From an uncultured Candidatus Rokubacteria bacterium (lineage in GTDB: Bacteria > Methylomirabilota > Methylomirabilia > Rokubacteriales > CSP1-6), in the NCBI GenBank assembly GCA_963762145.1, contig CAVXJS010000014.1, positions 128,001-192,000 on the forward strand: a stretch of DNA of 64,000 nucleotides, in the 5' to 3' direction. Below, one piece after another: positions 51,775 to 61,437 of this stretch; position 1 is the stretch's first letter, and each line of letters opens with the position of its first letter. Both the position numbers and the translations under genes were made by a program. The notes beneath the pieces were generated by a model that was not told where the DNA came from, ran no database searches, and saw only the letters and a list, made by a program, of their open reading frames with translations.

Positions 51775-53079
51775 ATGGACAGTATATGGATCGAGATGGT
51801 CCTGATCGGCGTGTCCATCATGGCGAACGGATTCTTCGCCGGCTCGGAGATCGCGCTGATCTCGGCCCGCCCGGGCCGCCTGGCCGAGCTGCGCGACAAG
51901 GGACTCTCGGGCGCCGCGGTGGCGGCCGCGCTCAAGCGCGAGCCCGAGCGGTTTCTGGCCACCATCCAGATCGCCATCACCCTGGTGGGGACCCTGGCCT
52001 CCGCGGTCGGCGGAGCGGCGGCGGTGGACGCGCTCCAGCCGTGGCTCGCCGGCCTGAACTTGCCCGGGGCGACCCGGTGGAGCGGGCCGGTGGCCCTCGG
52101 GATCGTGATCCTGCTCATCAGCTTCTTCTCCCTCGTCCTGGGCGAGCTCACGCCGAAGGCGCTGGCCCTGCGCAATCCCGAGTCCTGGGCCGCTCACGTG
52201 GCGCGGCCCATCGCCTGGCTGGTGCGTGTGCTCGACGCGCCGAGCCGGGTCCTCACGTGGTCCACCCGGATCGTCCTGATCGTGATCGGGCACCGCGACA
52301 CCCCGCCGGCCCCGCTGGTCTCCGAGGAGGAGGTGAAGTATCTCGTCCGCGAGGGCGCGTCTCAGGGCGTGTTCGAGGCCCACGAGAGCGACCTCGTCCA
52401 CCGCGTGTTCCAGTTCACCGACACCGCGGTCCGCCACGTCATGTCGCCGCGGCCGAACATCCGGGCCCTCGACATCTCGACGCCGCCGGACGAGGTTCTG
52501 AAGCGGGCGGCCGAGCTGGGCCACACCCGGCTGCCGGTGCATCGCGGGAGCCTGGAGCAGACGGTGGGGGTGGTGGTGATCAAGGATCTGCTGCGCTGCG
52601 CCGCCGAGGGCACGACCCCGGTGCTCGAGCAGCTCCTTCACGCGCCGATCTTCGTGCCGGAGGTGACCCAGGTCAGCGACGTGCTGCGGATGTTTCAGCG
52701 GCGCCGGCTCCACCTGGCCCTGGTGGTGGACGAGTACGGACAGGTGGTCGGGCTCGTCACCACCGAGGACCTGCTGGAAGAGATCGTGGGAGAGATCCGC
52801 GACGAGGGCGACAGCCCGCGGCTCGAATCGGTCACCCGGCTGCCCGACGGCTCCTATATCATCGACGGCACGGCGACGATCCGGGATCTCCGCGAGCAGG
52901 TCGGGCTGCCGCTCGACGACTCGCCCGACTACCAGACGGTCGCCGGCTTCATCCTGCACCGGCTCGGCGTGGTGCCGCGGTCGGGCGCGACGCTCCACGC
53001 GGCCGGCCATCGCTGGACCGTGCTGGACATGGAAGGCCCTCGGATCATGAAGGTGAAGGCGGAGCCGGAGCGAGCCTGA
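51775..53079 (+). CDS. Hemolysin/CNNM (CorC/HlyC) family, DUF21-CBS-CorC
   Basis: NGFF..SEIALIS, FLATIQ, GELTPK.LAL, HTRLPV, VVDEYG...[16 protein letters not shown]. Confidence 0.92.
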   Translation: MDSIWIEMVLIGVSIMANGFFAGSEIALISARPGRLAELRDKGLSGAAVAAALKREPERFLATIQIAITLVGTLASAVGGAAAVDALQPWLAGLNLPGATRWSGPVALGIVILLISFFSLVLGELTPKALALRNPESWAAHVARPIAWLVRVLDAPSRVLTWSTRIVLIVIGHRDTPPAPLVSEEEVKYLVREGASQGVFEAHESDLVHRVFQFTDTAVRHVMSPRPNIRALDISTPPDEVLKRAAELGHTRLPVHRGSLEQTVGVVVIKDLLRCAAEGTTPVLEQLLHAPIFVPEVTQVSDVLRMFQRRRLHLALVVDEYGQVVGLVTTEDLLEEIVGEIRDEGDSPRLESVTRLPDGSYIIDGTATIRDLREQVGLPLDDSPDYQTVAGFILHRLGVVPRSGATLHAAGHRWTVLDMEGPRIMKVKAEPERA

Positions 53080-53871
53080 TGCCGCTCTTCGACACGCACG
53101 CGCATCTGCATTTTCCCGAGCTGCTGGCGGACCTCGACGCGGTGCTGGAGCGCGCGCGGGCCGCCGGGGTGACCGGGATGGTGACCATCGGCACCGATCG
53201 CGAGACCAACCCCGCCGCGGTGGCGCTGGCCGAGCGCGTGCCCGACGGTCTGGGCCACCGTGGGCATTCATCCCCACGACGCGGGCGAGGCGACCGAGGC
53301 GGACTACGAGGCGATGGAGCGGCTGGCCCGCGGGTCGGCCCGGGTGGTGGCGCTGGGGGAGATGGGGCTCGACTTCTTCCGCAACCTCTCGCCCCGAGCG
53401 GCGCAGGAGACGGCGCTGCGCCGGCAGCTCGACATGGCGCGCCGGCTCGGCAAGCCGGTCGTCGTCCACTGCCGCGACGCGCACCCGGAGGCGCTCGCGA
53501 TTCTCGCGGCGGAGCGCGTCCACGAGGTCGGCGGCGTCATGCACTGCTTCTCGGCCGACGTGGACGTGGCCAAGCGCTGCCTCGACCTGGGCCTGATGAT
53601 CTCGCTCGCGGGGCCGGTGACCTACAAGAACGCGCGCGCGCTGCCGGAGGTCGCCCGCTTCGTGCCCGCCGACCGCCTGGTGGTGGAGACCGACTGCCCG
53701 TTCCTGCCGCCCCATCCCCATCGCGGGCAGCGCAACGAGCCCGCGTGGGTGGCGATCACCGCCGCCCACGTGGCCGATCTGCGCGGCGTCTCGTCCGAGG
53801 CGCTCGGCCGGACCGTCACCGAGAACGCGCACCGGCTCTTCCACCTCCCGATCCCCGAGCTCCCCCGCTGA
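53079..53871 (+). CDS. tatD: TatD-family DNase; frameshift near 53248
   Basis: FDTHAHL, GIHPH, GEMGLDF, HCRDA, MHCFS, ETDCPFL.P.P.RG.RNEP. Confidence 0.9.
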
Positions 53872-53896
53872 TCACCACACACGAAGGAGTCGCCTC

Positions 53897-54676
53897 ATGG
53901 CCTACTCGGACATCCTCTTCGAGGTCAAGAATCAGGTGGCGTGGCTCACGATCAACCGGCCCGACAAGGGCAACACCTTCCGGCGGCAGACCGTGCTCGA
54001 GATGACGCAGGCGCTCAACGAGGCGCGCAACGACGCGGGGGTGCGGGTGGTGGTGATCACCGGCGCGGGCGACCGCTTCTTCTGCATCGGAGGCGAGAAG
54101 GAGCCCAACGACGGCCTGCTGCACTACCACAACGTGCCGCCGGTGGTGGATCTCTACACCCTCATCGACATGATGCCGGTGCCGGTCATCGCGATGGTCA
54201 ACGGGTTCTCGGTGGGCGGCGGCAACGTGCTCGCCAACATGTGCGATCTCACGGTGGCGAGCGAGCAGGCGACCTTCCGGCAGGTGGGACCGGCGATGGG
54301 CTCCTACGACGCGGGGTTCGGCACCTGGTACCTCGAGGACTCGGTGGGGCGCAAGCGCGCGAAGGAGATCTGGTACCTCAACCGCAAGTACAGCGCGAAG
54401 GAAGCGCAGGCGATGGGACTGGTCAACGACGTGGCGCCGCACGCGGAGCTGCGCGCGCGCACCGAGGCGATGTGCGAGGAGCTGAAGAAGCGCGGGCCCC
54501 AGGCGCTCGCCGCGCTGAAGGCCGCCTTCCACGCCCGCCACAACGGGGTGGCCGGCCTCTCGCGCGTGTCGATCGACCACCTGGTCGCGAACTACTACCA
54601 CACCGAGGAAGCCAAGGAGATGGGCCGGGCCTTCAACAGCAAGCAGGACCCCGACCCCGACAAGTTTTATCGGTAG
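53897..54676 (+). CDS. Crotonase-superfamily enzyme, MenB/BadI-like
   Basis: YSDIL, ITINRP-like LTINRP, FCIGG, VGGGNVL, QVGP..GSYDAGFG, G.KRAKEIWYL. Confidence 0.8.
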   Translation: MAYSDILFEVKNQVAWLTINRPDKGNTFRRQTVLEMTQALNEARNDAGVRVVVITGAGDRFFCIGGEKEPNDGLLHYHNVPPVVDLYTLIDMMPVPVIAMVNGFSVGGGNVLANMCDLTVASEQATFRQVGPAMGSYDAGFGTWYLEDSVGRKRAKEIWYLNRKYSAKEAQAMGLVNDVAPHAELRARTEAMCEELKKRGPQALAALKAAFHARHNGVAGLSRVSIDHLVANYYHTEEAKEMGRAFNSKQDPDPDKFYR

Positions 54677-54688
54677 TCCACCTCACAA

Positions 54689-54723
54689 CCCTCTCCCCTC
54701 AGGGGAGAGGGCAGGGTGAGGGG
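54689..54723 (+). repeat. Palindromic repeat family B between convergent genes
   Basis: CCCTCTCCCC-TCA-GGGGAGAGGG-CAGGGTGAGGGG. Confidence 0.85.
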
Positions 54724-54746
54724 TGGTCGAAGGTGAGAGGGCCGCC

Positions 54747-55040
54747 CTACGCCCGCGCGAGCACGGCGAGCGCCCGCGGCAGATCCGCGGCGGCGACCAG
54801 CAGCAGCACCTCGGCCTGGTGGCCCACGCTGAAGGGATAGACCGAGGGCGCGAGCCGGCTCCGCGGCACCACCGTGATCCCTTCGCTCTCGAGCAGCCCG
54901 CGGACCACGAGGGCTTCCGTCTGATCGCGGCAGCGCCGTGCCTCCACCAGCTCCGCGGCATCGCGACCGGGCGCGGGCGGCTTCGGGGGAGGCGTCGGGA
55001 AGCGGATGATCTTCGCGCGCCGCGCGGCCATGCCGCTCAT
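54747..55040 (-). CDS. DUF2007-like small protein
   Basis: EALVVRGLLESEGI...VLLLV...D...A..VL. Confidence 0.7.
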   Translation of the reverse strand: MSGMAARRAKIIRFPTPPPKPPAPGRDAAELVEARRCRDQTEALVVRGLLESEGITVVPRSRLAPSVYPFSVGHQAEVLLLVAAADLPRALAVLARA

Positions 55041-56227
55041 GCTAGCACGCCGGGCCGGTGCCTCCAGCGAAGGCGCCAGAAGCAGACGAGCGCGGTGACG
55101 CCGGCCACCGCGATGGCGGTGGTCATCGGACGCGCGGTGCCGTCCCAGAAGTGGCCGACCGCGACGCTGTAGAGCGCCGAGCCCGTCATCTGGAGGAAGC
55201 CGGCCACCGCGGCCGCGAGGCCGGCCATGCGCGGGAACGGGCCGACCGCGCCGGCCATGCCGTTCGGCAAGGCGAGGCCGAGCCCGATCGCGAACACGAA
55301 CATCGGAGCGATCACCGCGGCCACCGTCAGCACCCCGCTCCAGGCCAGCGCGGCCAGCAGCAGCCCGCCCGCGGCGCCCAGGATGGTGCCGGAGAGGATC
55401 GTGCGGTCGAGCCCGAGCTGCGCGCCGAACCGGCCGGAGAGGAAGGTGCCGGTCATGATGCCGACCGCGACCGAGCCGAAGCAGAGCCCGAACTGGCTCG
55501 GCGAGACCCCGAGCACACCGATCAGCACGAAGGACGAGCCGGAGATGAAGGCGAACTGACCGCCGAACATCAGCGCGTTCACGAGCACGTAGGCCACGTA
55601 GCTCCGGTCGGTGAGCAGCTCCGCCACGTTGCGGCCCATCTGCCCCGGCTGGAGCGCGGTCGGATCCTGGCGGACATTGGTCTCGGGCACGCCCACGATC
55701 ATCAGCGCCACCAGGAACGCCCCCGCGCCCGCCAGCACGAAGAAGATCGCGCGCCAGCCGAAGGCCTCGTGCACGTAGCCGCCCAGGATCGGCGCCAGCA
55801 TCGGGTTGAGCGACTGGAACATGCTCATGTAGGAGAACACCCGTGCGGCCCGCTCGCGGTCGTAGAGGTCGCGGATCACCGCGCGCGCTACCACGGGTCC
55901 GGTGCCGCCGCCCAGGGCCTGGAGCACGCGCGCCCCGATCAGCACGCCGATGGTGGGGGCGAGCGCGCACGCGAGGCCGGCCACCGCGTAGAGGCCGAGG
56001 CCGCCGATCAGCACCCAGCGGCGGCCGAAGCGGTCGGAGAGCGGGCCGTAGACGAGCTGGGAGGCCGCGAAGGCCATCAGGAACAGGGTCACCGTGAGCT
56101 GCGCGACCGCGGCCTCGGCGCCGAACACCGCGGCGATGGTGGGCAGCGAGGGCAGGAACATGTCGATGGACAGGGCGCCCAGGCCCACCACCGCGGTCAG
56201 CACGAACTCCACGCGCACCTGGCTCAT
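55037..56227 (-). CDS. Bcr/CflA-family MFS efflux transporter
   Basis: SIDMFLPSLP, QLVYGPLSDRFGRR, APILGG, FGWRAIF. Confidence 0.92.
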   Translation of the reverse strand: MSQVRVEFVLTAVVGLGALSIDMFLPSLPTIAAVFGAEAAVAQLTVTLFLMAFAASQLVYGPLSDRFGRRWVLIGGLGLYAVAGLACALAPTIGVLIGARVLQALGGGTGPVVARAVIRDLYDRERAARVFSYMSMFQSLNPMLAPILGGYVHEAFGWRAIFFVLAGAGAFLVALMIVGVPETNVRQDPTALQPGQMGRNVAELLTDRSYVAYVLVNALMFGGQFAFISGSSFVLIGVLGVSPSQFGLCFGSVAVGIMTGTFLSGRFGAQLGLDRTILSGTILGAAGGLLLAALAWSGVLTVAAVIAPMFVFAIGLGLALPNGMAGAVGPFPRMAGLAAAVAGFLQMTGSALYSVAVGHFWDGTARPMTTAIAVAGVTALVCFWRLRWRHRPGVLA

Positions 56228-56266
56228 ATACACCACCCAAGTCGGAAGCGGTAGAATGCGGCAGTA

Positions 56267-56306
56267 GCTCGGCGAGGCGCAGCCGAAGGCGAGCCGAGCG
56301 GATACA
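56267..56306 (+). repeat. 40-bp palindromic repeat family A, intergenic copy
   Basis: GCTCGGCGAGGCGCAGCCGAAGGCGAGCCGAGCGGATACA; 9 nt downstream of TAGAAT at 56252-56257. Confidence 0.9.
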
Positions 56307-56361
56307 AGTAGGGAAGTCACGGTGGCTTCGGCACACGCCCAGCGACGGAGAGCCGAAACGC

Positions 56362-57651
56362 ATGGACAAGTTCGAATACTTCAGCGGCTTGCCGGAAGTG
56401 GGGATCGTCCCGCGGGCCCCGCACGTGGGCCCGCTGCTCCGCCACGTCCACGAGCAGGAGCACGGGCGCGGCGGCTTCGCGGGCCAGGTCAGCCACACGT
56501 ATCACCTCTACCCGCCGAACAACTGGCTGCCGGGGGAGTCCCGCGCGCTCGAAGGATGGGCGCCGGCCTGGGAATCGCCCCTACGCCCGGTGGGCGGCGC
56601 GCACCACGCCCTCGGGGTCGCGCGGCCGCGGGAGCCCCGCGACGTCTATCGGGGCATGGCGCGCCTGGTGGCCAATGCCACCGTGGCCATGAACGTGACC
56701 GCGCCCGCCGCCCCCATGGACTACTTCTTCGAGCACCACTCGGCCACTCTCGTGTTCTTCATCCACGAGGGCGGCGGCACGCTCGAGACCCTCTTCGGGC
56801 CCATCGCCTACGGCCGCGGCGACTTCCTCATCGTGCCCAAGGGCATTCCCCACCGGTTCGAGCTGGCGCCCGGGTCCCAGTACTACTGGGTCTACGAGAG
56901 CTTCGCGGGCGATCCCGAGAAGTCGGAGGCGGCCACCACCGGGCAGTTCATCACCCACAGCCGGAGCGACTACCGCTTCCCGCGCTCGCTCGATACCCGC
57001 AACGAGGCGGGGCGTTTCGAGATCGTCTCCAAGGTCGGCTCGGTCTACACGCGGCGGGTGCACCCGACGCATCCCTTCGACGTGGTGGGCTGGCGCGGCG
57101 ACTACCTGCCGTACCGCTTCGCGGTGGAGGACGTGCGGCCGCTCACCGCGGATCGCTCGCACGTGCCGCCGTCGGGCCACACCATCTTCAAGCTCCCCGG
57201 CTGCTACCTGTGCGTCTTCACGGTGCGCTCGGTCGAGAAGGAGGGGATGTGGCTGCCCTTCTTCCATCGCAACCTGGACTACTGCGAGACCATCGGCTAC
57301 CACTGGGGCGACTTCTTCAGCCGGGGCGGGGTGATCCGGGAGGGGATGGTCACCGTCCATCCCGTCGGGCTGCCCCACGGCCCCCAGCCGTCCGCGCTCG
57401 CGGCGTTCATGGACGGCCAGCGTCCCGCCCGGCACAACGAGGTCGGCATCATGGCCGACTTCACGAACCCGGCCCAGATCTCGGAGTACGCCCTCGGGCT
57501 CTCGGAGCCCGACTACATGAAGAGCTGGAGCGCCTACACCACGGACCCGCGCTTCACCCACCGGCCGGAGCGCCTGGCCGACGTGCGCGCGCTCGCCGAG
57601 GGACTGGCCGAGGCCCGGGACGAGCTGCGCCCGCGCTCCGACGCGCCCTGA
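56362..57651 (+). CDS. Homogentisate 1,2-dioxygenase-like protein
   Basis: HEQEHGR.GF.G, HPFDVVGW.G...PY, SHVPPS.H, FHRN.D..E and H..G.PHGPQP iron ligands. Confidence 0.8.
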   Translation: MDKFEYFSGLPEVGIVPRAPHVGPLLRHVHEQEHGRGGFAGQVSHTYHLYPPNNWLPGESRALEGWAPAWESPLRPVGGAHHALGVARPREPRDVYRGMARLVANATVAMNVTAPAAPMDYFFEHHSATLVFFIHEGGGTLETLFGPIAYGRGDFLIVPKGIPHRFELAPGSQYYWVYESFAGDPEKSEAATTGQFITHSRSDYRFPRSLDTRNEAGRFEIVSKVGSVYTRRVHPTHPFDVVGWRGDYLPYRFAVEDVRPLTADRSHVPPSGHTIFKLPGCYLCVFTVRSVEKEGMWLPFFHRNLDYCETIGYHWGDFFSRGGVIREGMVTVHPVGLPHGPQPSALAAFMDGQRPARHNEVGIMADFTNPAQISEYALGLSEPDYMKSWSAYTTDPRFTHRPERLADVRALAEGLAEARDELRPRSDAP

Positions 57652-57652
57652 C

Positions 57653-58657
57653 ATGCTGCGGTTCGGGTTCTTCTCGGTGGTGGACCACTACCCGCAAGAG
57701 CTCGGGCGCACGACGGCCGACTTCTACGGCGAGCTGCTCGAGCAGGCCGAGGCCGCCGACGCGCTCGGCTTCGACTCGTTCTGGGTGGCCGAGCACCACT
57801 TCCACGAGTACGGCGGGGTTCCGCGCCCGCCGGTGTGGCTGGCCGCGGCCGCGGTGCGGACGCGCCGGATCCGCCTCGGGTCGGGGGTGGTCGTGCTGCC
57901 GTTCGACAACCCGCTGCGCACCGCCGAGGACTACGCGATGGTCGACGTGCTCTCGGGCGGCCGCCTCGACCTCGGGGTGGGCTCGGGCTACCTCACGCAC
58001 GAGTACGCGGGCTTCAACCTCGACCCGGAGGAGAAGCGCGCGCGCTTCGAGGAGGCGCTCGAGGTGCTGCTCCGCGCGTGGACCGGCGAGCGCTTCTCGT
58101 ACGAGGGCCGCTACCATCGGGTCCGTGACGTGCAGCTCAACGTGCGGCCGGTGCAGCGGCCGCGGCCGCCCATCTGGGTGGCCACCCTTCGCGCCGACAG
58201 CGCGCCCCGCATCGGGGCTCGCGGGTTCCCGGTCATGCTGATCCCCTACGCGAGCGCGGAGACCCTGGCCCAGATGGCCGAAGGGGTGGCCGACTACCGG
58301 GCCGCGTTCGTCCAGGCGGGGGGCCGCCCCTCGGCCGCCACCGTGCCGTTCGGTCTCCACCTGCACTGCGCGGAGAGCACCGCGCAGGCCCGGGCGGAGG
58401 CGCGCGAGTGCATGGAGCGCTACGTGCGCACGCGACTCTACGCGGTGCAGCGGCCGTTCGAGACCCTCGTCGACCAGGACGTGGTGGCGTTCGGCGATCC
58501 CGAGGAGATCGTCCGGGTCGCCCGGCGCTACGAAGCGGCCGGGTTCACGCATCTCCTCGCCATCGGCAACTTCGGCGGTCTGCCCCACAAGCAGGTGCTG
58601 CGGTCGATGGAGCTCATGGCGCGGCACGTGCTGCCGCGCTTCGCGACCGCATCGTGA
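57653..58657 (+). CDS. Luciferase-like (LLM) flavin-dependent oxidoreductase
   Basis: GFDSFWVAEHHF, T.RIRLG.GV..LP...PLR.AED.A.VD.LS.GR, P.Q.PRPPIW. Confidence 0.88.
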   Translation: MLRFGFFSVVDHYPQELGRTTADFYGELLEQAEAADALGFDSFWVAEHHFHEYGGVPRPPVWLAAAAVRTRRIRLGSGVVVLPFDNPLRTAEDYAMVDVLSGGRLDLGVGSGYLTHEYAGFNLDPEEKRARFEEALEVLLRAWTGERFSYEGRYHRVRDVQLNVRPVQRPRPPIWVATLRADSAPRIGARGFPVMLIPYASAETLAQMAEGVADYRAAFVQAGGRPSAATVPFGLHLHCAESTAQARAEARECMERYVRTRLYAVQRPFETLVDQDVVAFGDPEEIVRVARRYEAAGFTHLLAIGNFGGLPHKQVLRSMELMARHVLPRFATAS

Positions 58658-59706
58658 GCCCGCGCGCGCTCTCGACCCGCGACGCGCAGCTCCCCGCCGC
58701 GTACTCCGATCGGCTCGAGGCGCTCTCGCTCGCGCCGCTGTGGACCGCGCTCCACGCGCTGCTGCCGCCCGAGCGGCAGACCCGGGTGGTGCCGCACCGC
58801 TGGCGGTGGAGCGAGCTGCGGGCGCCGCTGCTGGAGGCCGCGCGCCTGGTGCCGATCGAGCAGGCCGAGCGACGGGTGCTGGTGCTGTGCAATCCCGGGC
58901 TGCCCGGCAACTTCTCGGCGACCGCCACGCTCTACGCGGGCCTGCAGATCATCCTGCCCGGCGAGGCGGCGCCCAGCCACCATCACACCGCGGCCGCGCT
59001 CCGCCTGATCGTCGAGGGCGACGGGGCCTACACCACGGTGGACGGCGTGAAGTGCGCGATGGAGCCGGGCGACTTCATCATCACCCCGCCGATGCGCTGG
59101 CACGACCACGGCCACGAGGGCCGCGAGCCGGTGATCTGGCTGGACGGGCTCGATATTCCGCTCGTCCGTAGTGTGGAGGCGAACTGGGCTTCGGCGATGA
59201 AGCCGGCGGCCGCGCCCGCGACCGAGACCGATTCCTCCCAGGACGAGCTCACCGCGGCCGGCCTCGTGCCACGCCAGTCGCGCTACGAGGAGACCGGCTA
59301 CCCGCAGGTGCGCTGGCCGTGGCGCACCGCGCGCGCCGCGCTCGCGGCGATGGCCGCCACCGCGCCCCGGCGCGCGTCGGTGGTGCTGCGCCACGTGAAC
59401 CCGCGCACCGGCGAGTACCCCCTCAAGACGATGGGCTCCGAGGTGCGCTGGCTGCGGCCCGGCGAGGAGACCAGCGCGGAGCGCCGCACCGCGAGCGAGG
59501 TGGTCCACGTGATCGAGGGACAGGGCGAGAGCCAGGTCGGGGACCGGACGCTCGACTGGCAGGCCGGCGACGTCTTCGTGGTGCCGCCGTGGCAGCGGAC
59601 CACGCATCGCAACCGCTCGGGCCAGGCTCCCGCCTGCCTCTTCCATCTCAACGACGAGCCCGCCATCCGCGCTCTCGGACTCTGGCTCGAGGAAGTGGAC
59701 GAATGA
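58654..59706 (+). CDS. Gentisate 1,2-dioxygenase-family bicupin
   Basis: AERRVLVL.NPGL, TLYAGLQ.ILPGE.APSH.H, WHDHGH, WLDGLD.P. Confidence 0.85.
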   Translation: MSPRALSTRDAQLPAAYSDRLEALSLAPLWTALHALLPPERQTRVVPHRWRWSELRAPLLEAARLVPIEQAERRVLVLCNPGLPGNFSATATLYAGLQIILPGEAAPSHHHTAAALRLIVEGDGAYTTVDGVKCAMEPGDFIITPPMRWHDHGHEGREPVIWLDGLDIPLVRSVEANWASAMKPAAAPATETDSSQDELTAAGLVPRQSRYEETGYPQVRWPWRTARAALAAMAATAPRRASVVLRHVNPRTGEYPLKTMGSEVRWLRPGEETSAERRTASEVVHVIEGQGESQVGDRTLDWQAGDVFVVPPWQRTTHRNRSGQAPACLFHLNDEPAIRALGLWLEEVDE

Positions 59707-60425
59707 CGCCCCGCTACGAGTCCCTGATGGAGGTCGTCCGCTCGCGCATGACCAACCGCGCCTTCGCGCCCGCCGACATCCCCCGGGCGCACGTCGAGAT
59801 GATCCTCGAGGCGGCGCGGCACGCCCCATCGGGCGCCAACGCCCAGCCCTGGCACTTCGTCGTGGTCACGGACGAGGCGGCCAAGGCCGCGATCGGCCGG
59901 TGCTTCGTGGACGAGCAGCAGCACCGCGCGAAGCTGCGCATGGGGTTTCCCACCCCGAACTACAACGGGGTGAAGACCGCGCCGGGGCTCATCGTCATCG
60001 CGGCCGACTTCCGGTTCGTGCGCGCGTTCCCGGTGCTCAACGACGGCTCGGACCTGGACCGGCTCTATCATCAGAACGCGGAGCGTATCCTGCTCCAGTC
60101 GGTGGCCGCCGCCACCATGTCCGCCCACCTGGCCGCCGCCGCGCTCGGCTACGCGGTGTGGTGGATCACCGCGATCGGCCAGGAGGACATCCAGAAGCAG
60201 GTGAAGCCGCTGCTCGGCGTGCCCGACGAGCTCGGCATCATCGACGTCATGTGCTTCGGCCCGCCGCTCAAGCCGTCCTACAAGCGCTGGAAGAAGCGCC
60301 TCGACCAGATCGCGAGCTGGGACCGCTTCGATCCCGCCAATCTCATGACCGACGGAGAGATCGACGAATGGGTGAAGACCACGCGGCACAAGGTGATGTA
60401 CCGCGACGAGAGCCGGGTGGACTGA
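59703..60425 (+). CDS. Nitroreductase-family flavoprotein
   Basis: R..NRAF, ILEAARHAPSGANAQPWHFVVV, HLAAAALG. Confidence 0.85.
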   Translation: MTPRYESLMEVVRSRMTNRAFAPADIPRAHVEMILEAARHAPSGANAQPWHFVVVTDEAAKAAIGRCFVDEQQHRAKLRMGFPTPNYNGVKTAPGLIVIAADFRFVRAFPVLNDGSDLDRLYHQNAERILLQSVAAATMSAHLAAAALGYAVWWITAIGQEDIQKQVKPLLGVPDELGIIDVMCFGPPLKPSYKRWKKRLDQIASWDRFDPANLMTDGEIDEWVKTTRHKVMYRDESRVD

Positions 60426-61366
60426 TGACCCCTCTCATCCCGGTCGACCGCGTTCGCGTCACCACGGTGGTCGACAACTACATCGACGCGCTCCGACAGG
60501 ACGAGAAGGTCGCCCGCCGGCACAGCGCCTTCGTGGCTCGGCAGATGGTGGACCTGCGCGCGGAGCACGGCCTTGCCCACCTCGTCGAGATCACGCGGGG
60601 GCGCGAGACGACGCGGATCGCCTTCGACTTCGGCCCTTCCGAGGCCGCGATCACCCACAACTTCCGGGTGCTGGGCCTCGATCCTGCCGCCGTCGACGTC
60701 CTCGCGCTGAGCCACGGCCACTGGGATCACTTCGGCGGGCTGCTCGGTTTCCTGCGGACCTATCGCCCCGCCATGAAGAAGCCGCTGACGTTCCACGGGG
60801 GCGCGGATCACTTCCTCCCGCGCTGGAACCAGCGCGGGGCCGACCGCGTCAGCATGGGCCGCCTCTACCGCGAGGAGATCGAGCGCTACGACGTCGGGGT
60901 GGAGACGGTGCGGACGCCGACCCTGCTCGCCGAGGGCGCGCTGCTGAGCGGGGAGATGCACGAGGCGGAGGCGTTCGAGCCGATTCCGGCCAATCTCCAG
61001 GTCGAGCGTGACGGAGCGATCGGGCCGGACGATTTCCTGGGCGAGCAGACCCTGATCGCGCACGTGAAGGGCCGGGGCCTCGTGGTGGTGACGTCGTGCT
61101 CCCACCGCGGGATCGTCGGCATCTGCCGCAATGCCGCGCGCATCGCGGGCGTCTCCAAGGTCCACGCGGTGATCGGCGGCTTCCACCTGAGCGGCCTCAA
61201 GGAGGAGCGGGTCACGCGGGTGGTGGACGCCTTCCGGGCGCTCGAGGTGGACTGGGTGGTGCCGCAGCACTGCACCGGGCTCGAGTCCATGGCCACCCTG
61301 CTCCACCGCCTTCCGTCCGAGACGGTGGTGACCTCGGTCGGCTCCACCTTCACCTTCGAGGCGTAG
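60425..61366 (+). CDS. MBL-fold metallo-hydrolase (dihydropteroate synthase-like MBL subgroup)
   Basis: VVDN, AEHGL, LSHGHWDHFGG, CSHRGIV, IGGFHL, P.HCTG. Confidence 0.82.
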   Translation: MTPLIPVDRVRVTTVVDNYIDALRQDEKVARRHSAFVARQMVDLRAEHGLAHLVEITRGRETTRIAFDFGPSEAAITHNFRVLGLDPAAVDVLALSHGHWDHFGGLLGFLRTYRPAMKKPLTFHGGADHFLPRWNQRGADRVSMGRLYREEIERYDVGVETVRTPTLLAEGALLSGEMHEAEAFEPIPANLQVERDGAIGPDDFLGEQTLIAHVKGRGLVVVTSCSHRGIVGICRNAARIAGVSKVHAVIGGFHLSGLKEERVTRVVDAFRALEVDWVVPQHCTGLESMATLLHRLPSETVVTSVGSTFTFEA

Positions 61367-61368
61367 GG

Positions 61369-61434
61369 CCCCTCGCCCTCGAACCCCTCGCCTTCGAACC
61401 CCTCACCCTGCCCCTCTCCCCAGAGGGGAGAGGG
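61369..61434 (+). repeat. Two tandem 15-mers CCCCTCGCCYTCGAA followed by a family B palindrome
   Basis: 61369-61383 and 61384-61398, then CCCCTCACCCTGCCCCTCTCCCC-AGA-GGGGAGAGGG. Confidence 0.85.
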
Positions 61435-61437
61435 TTC

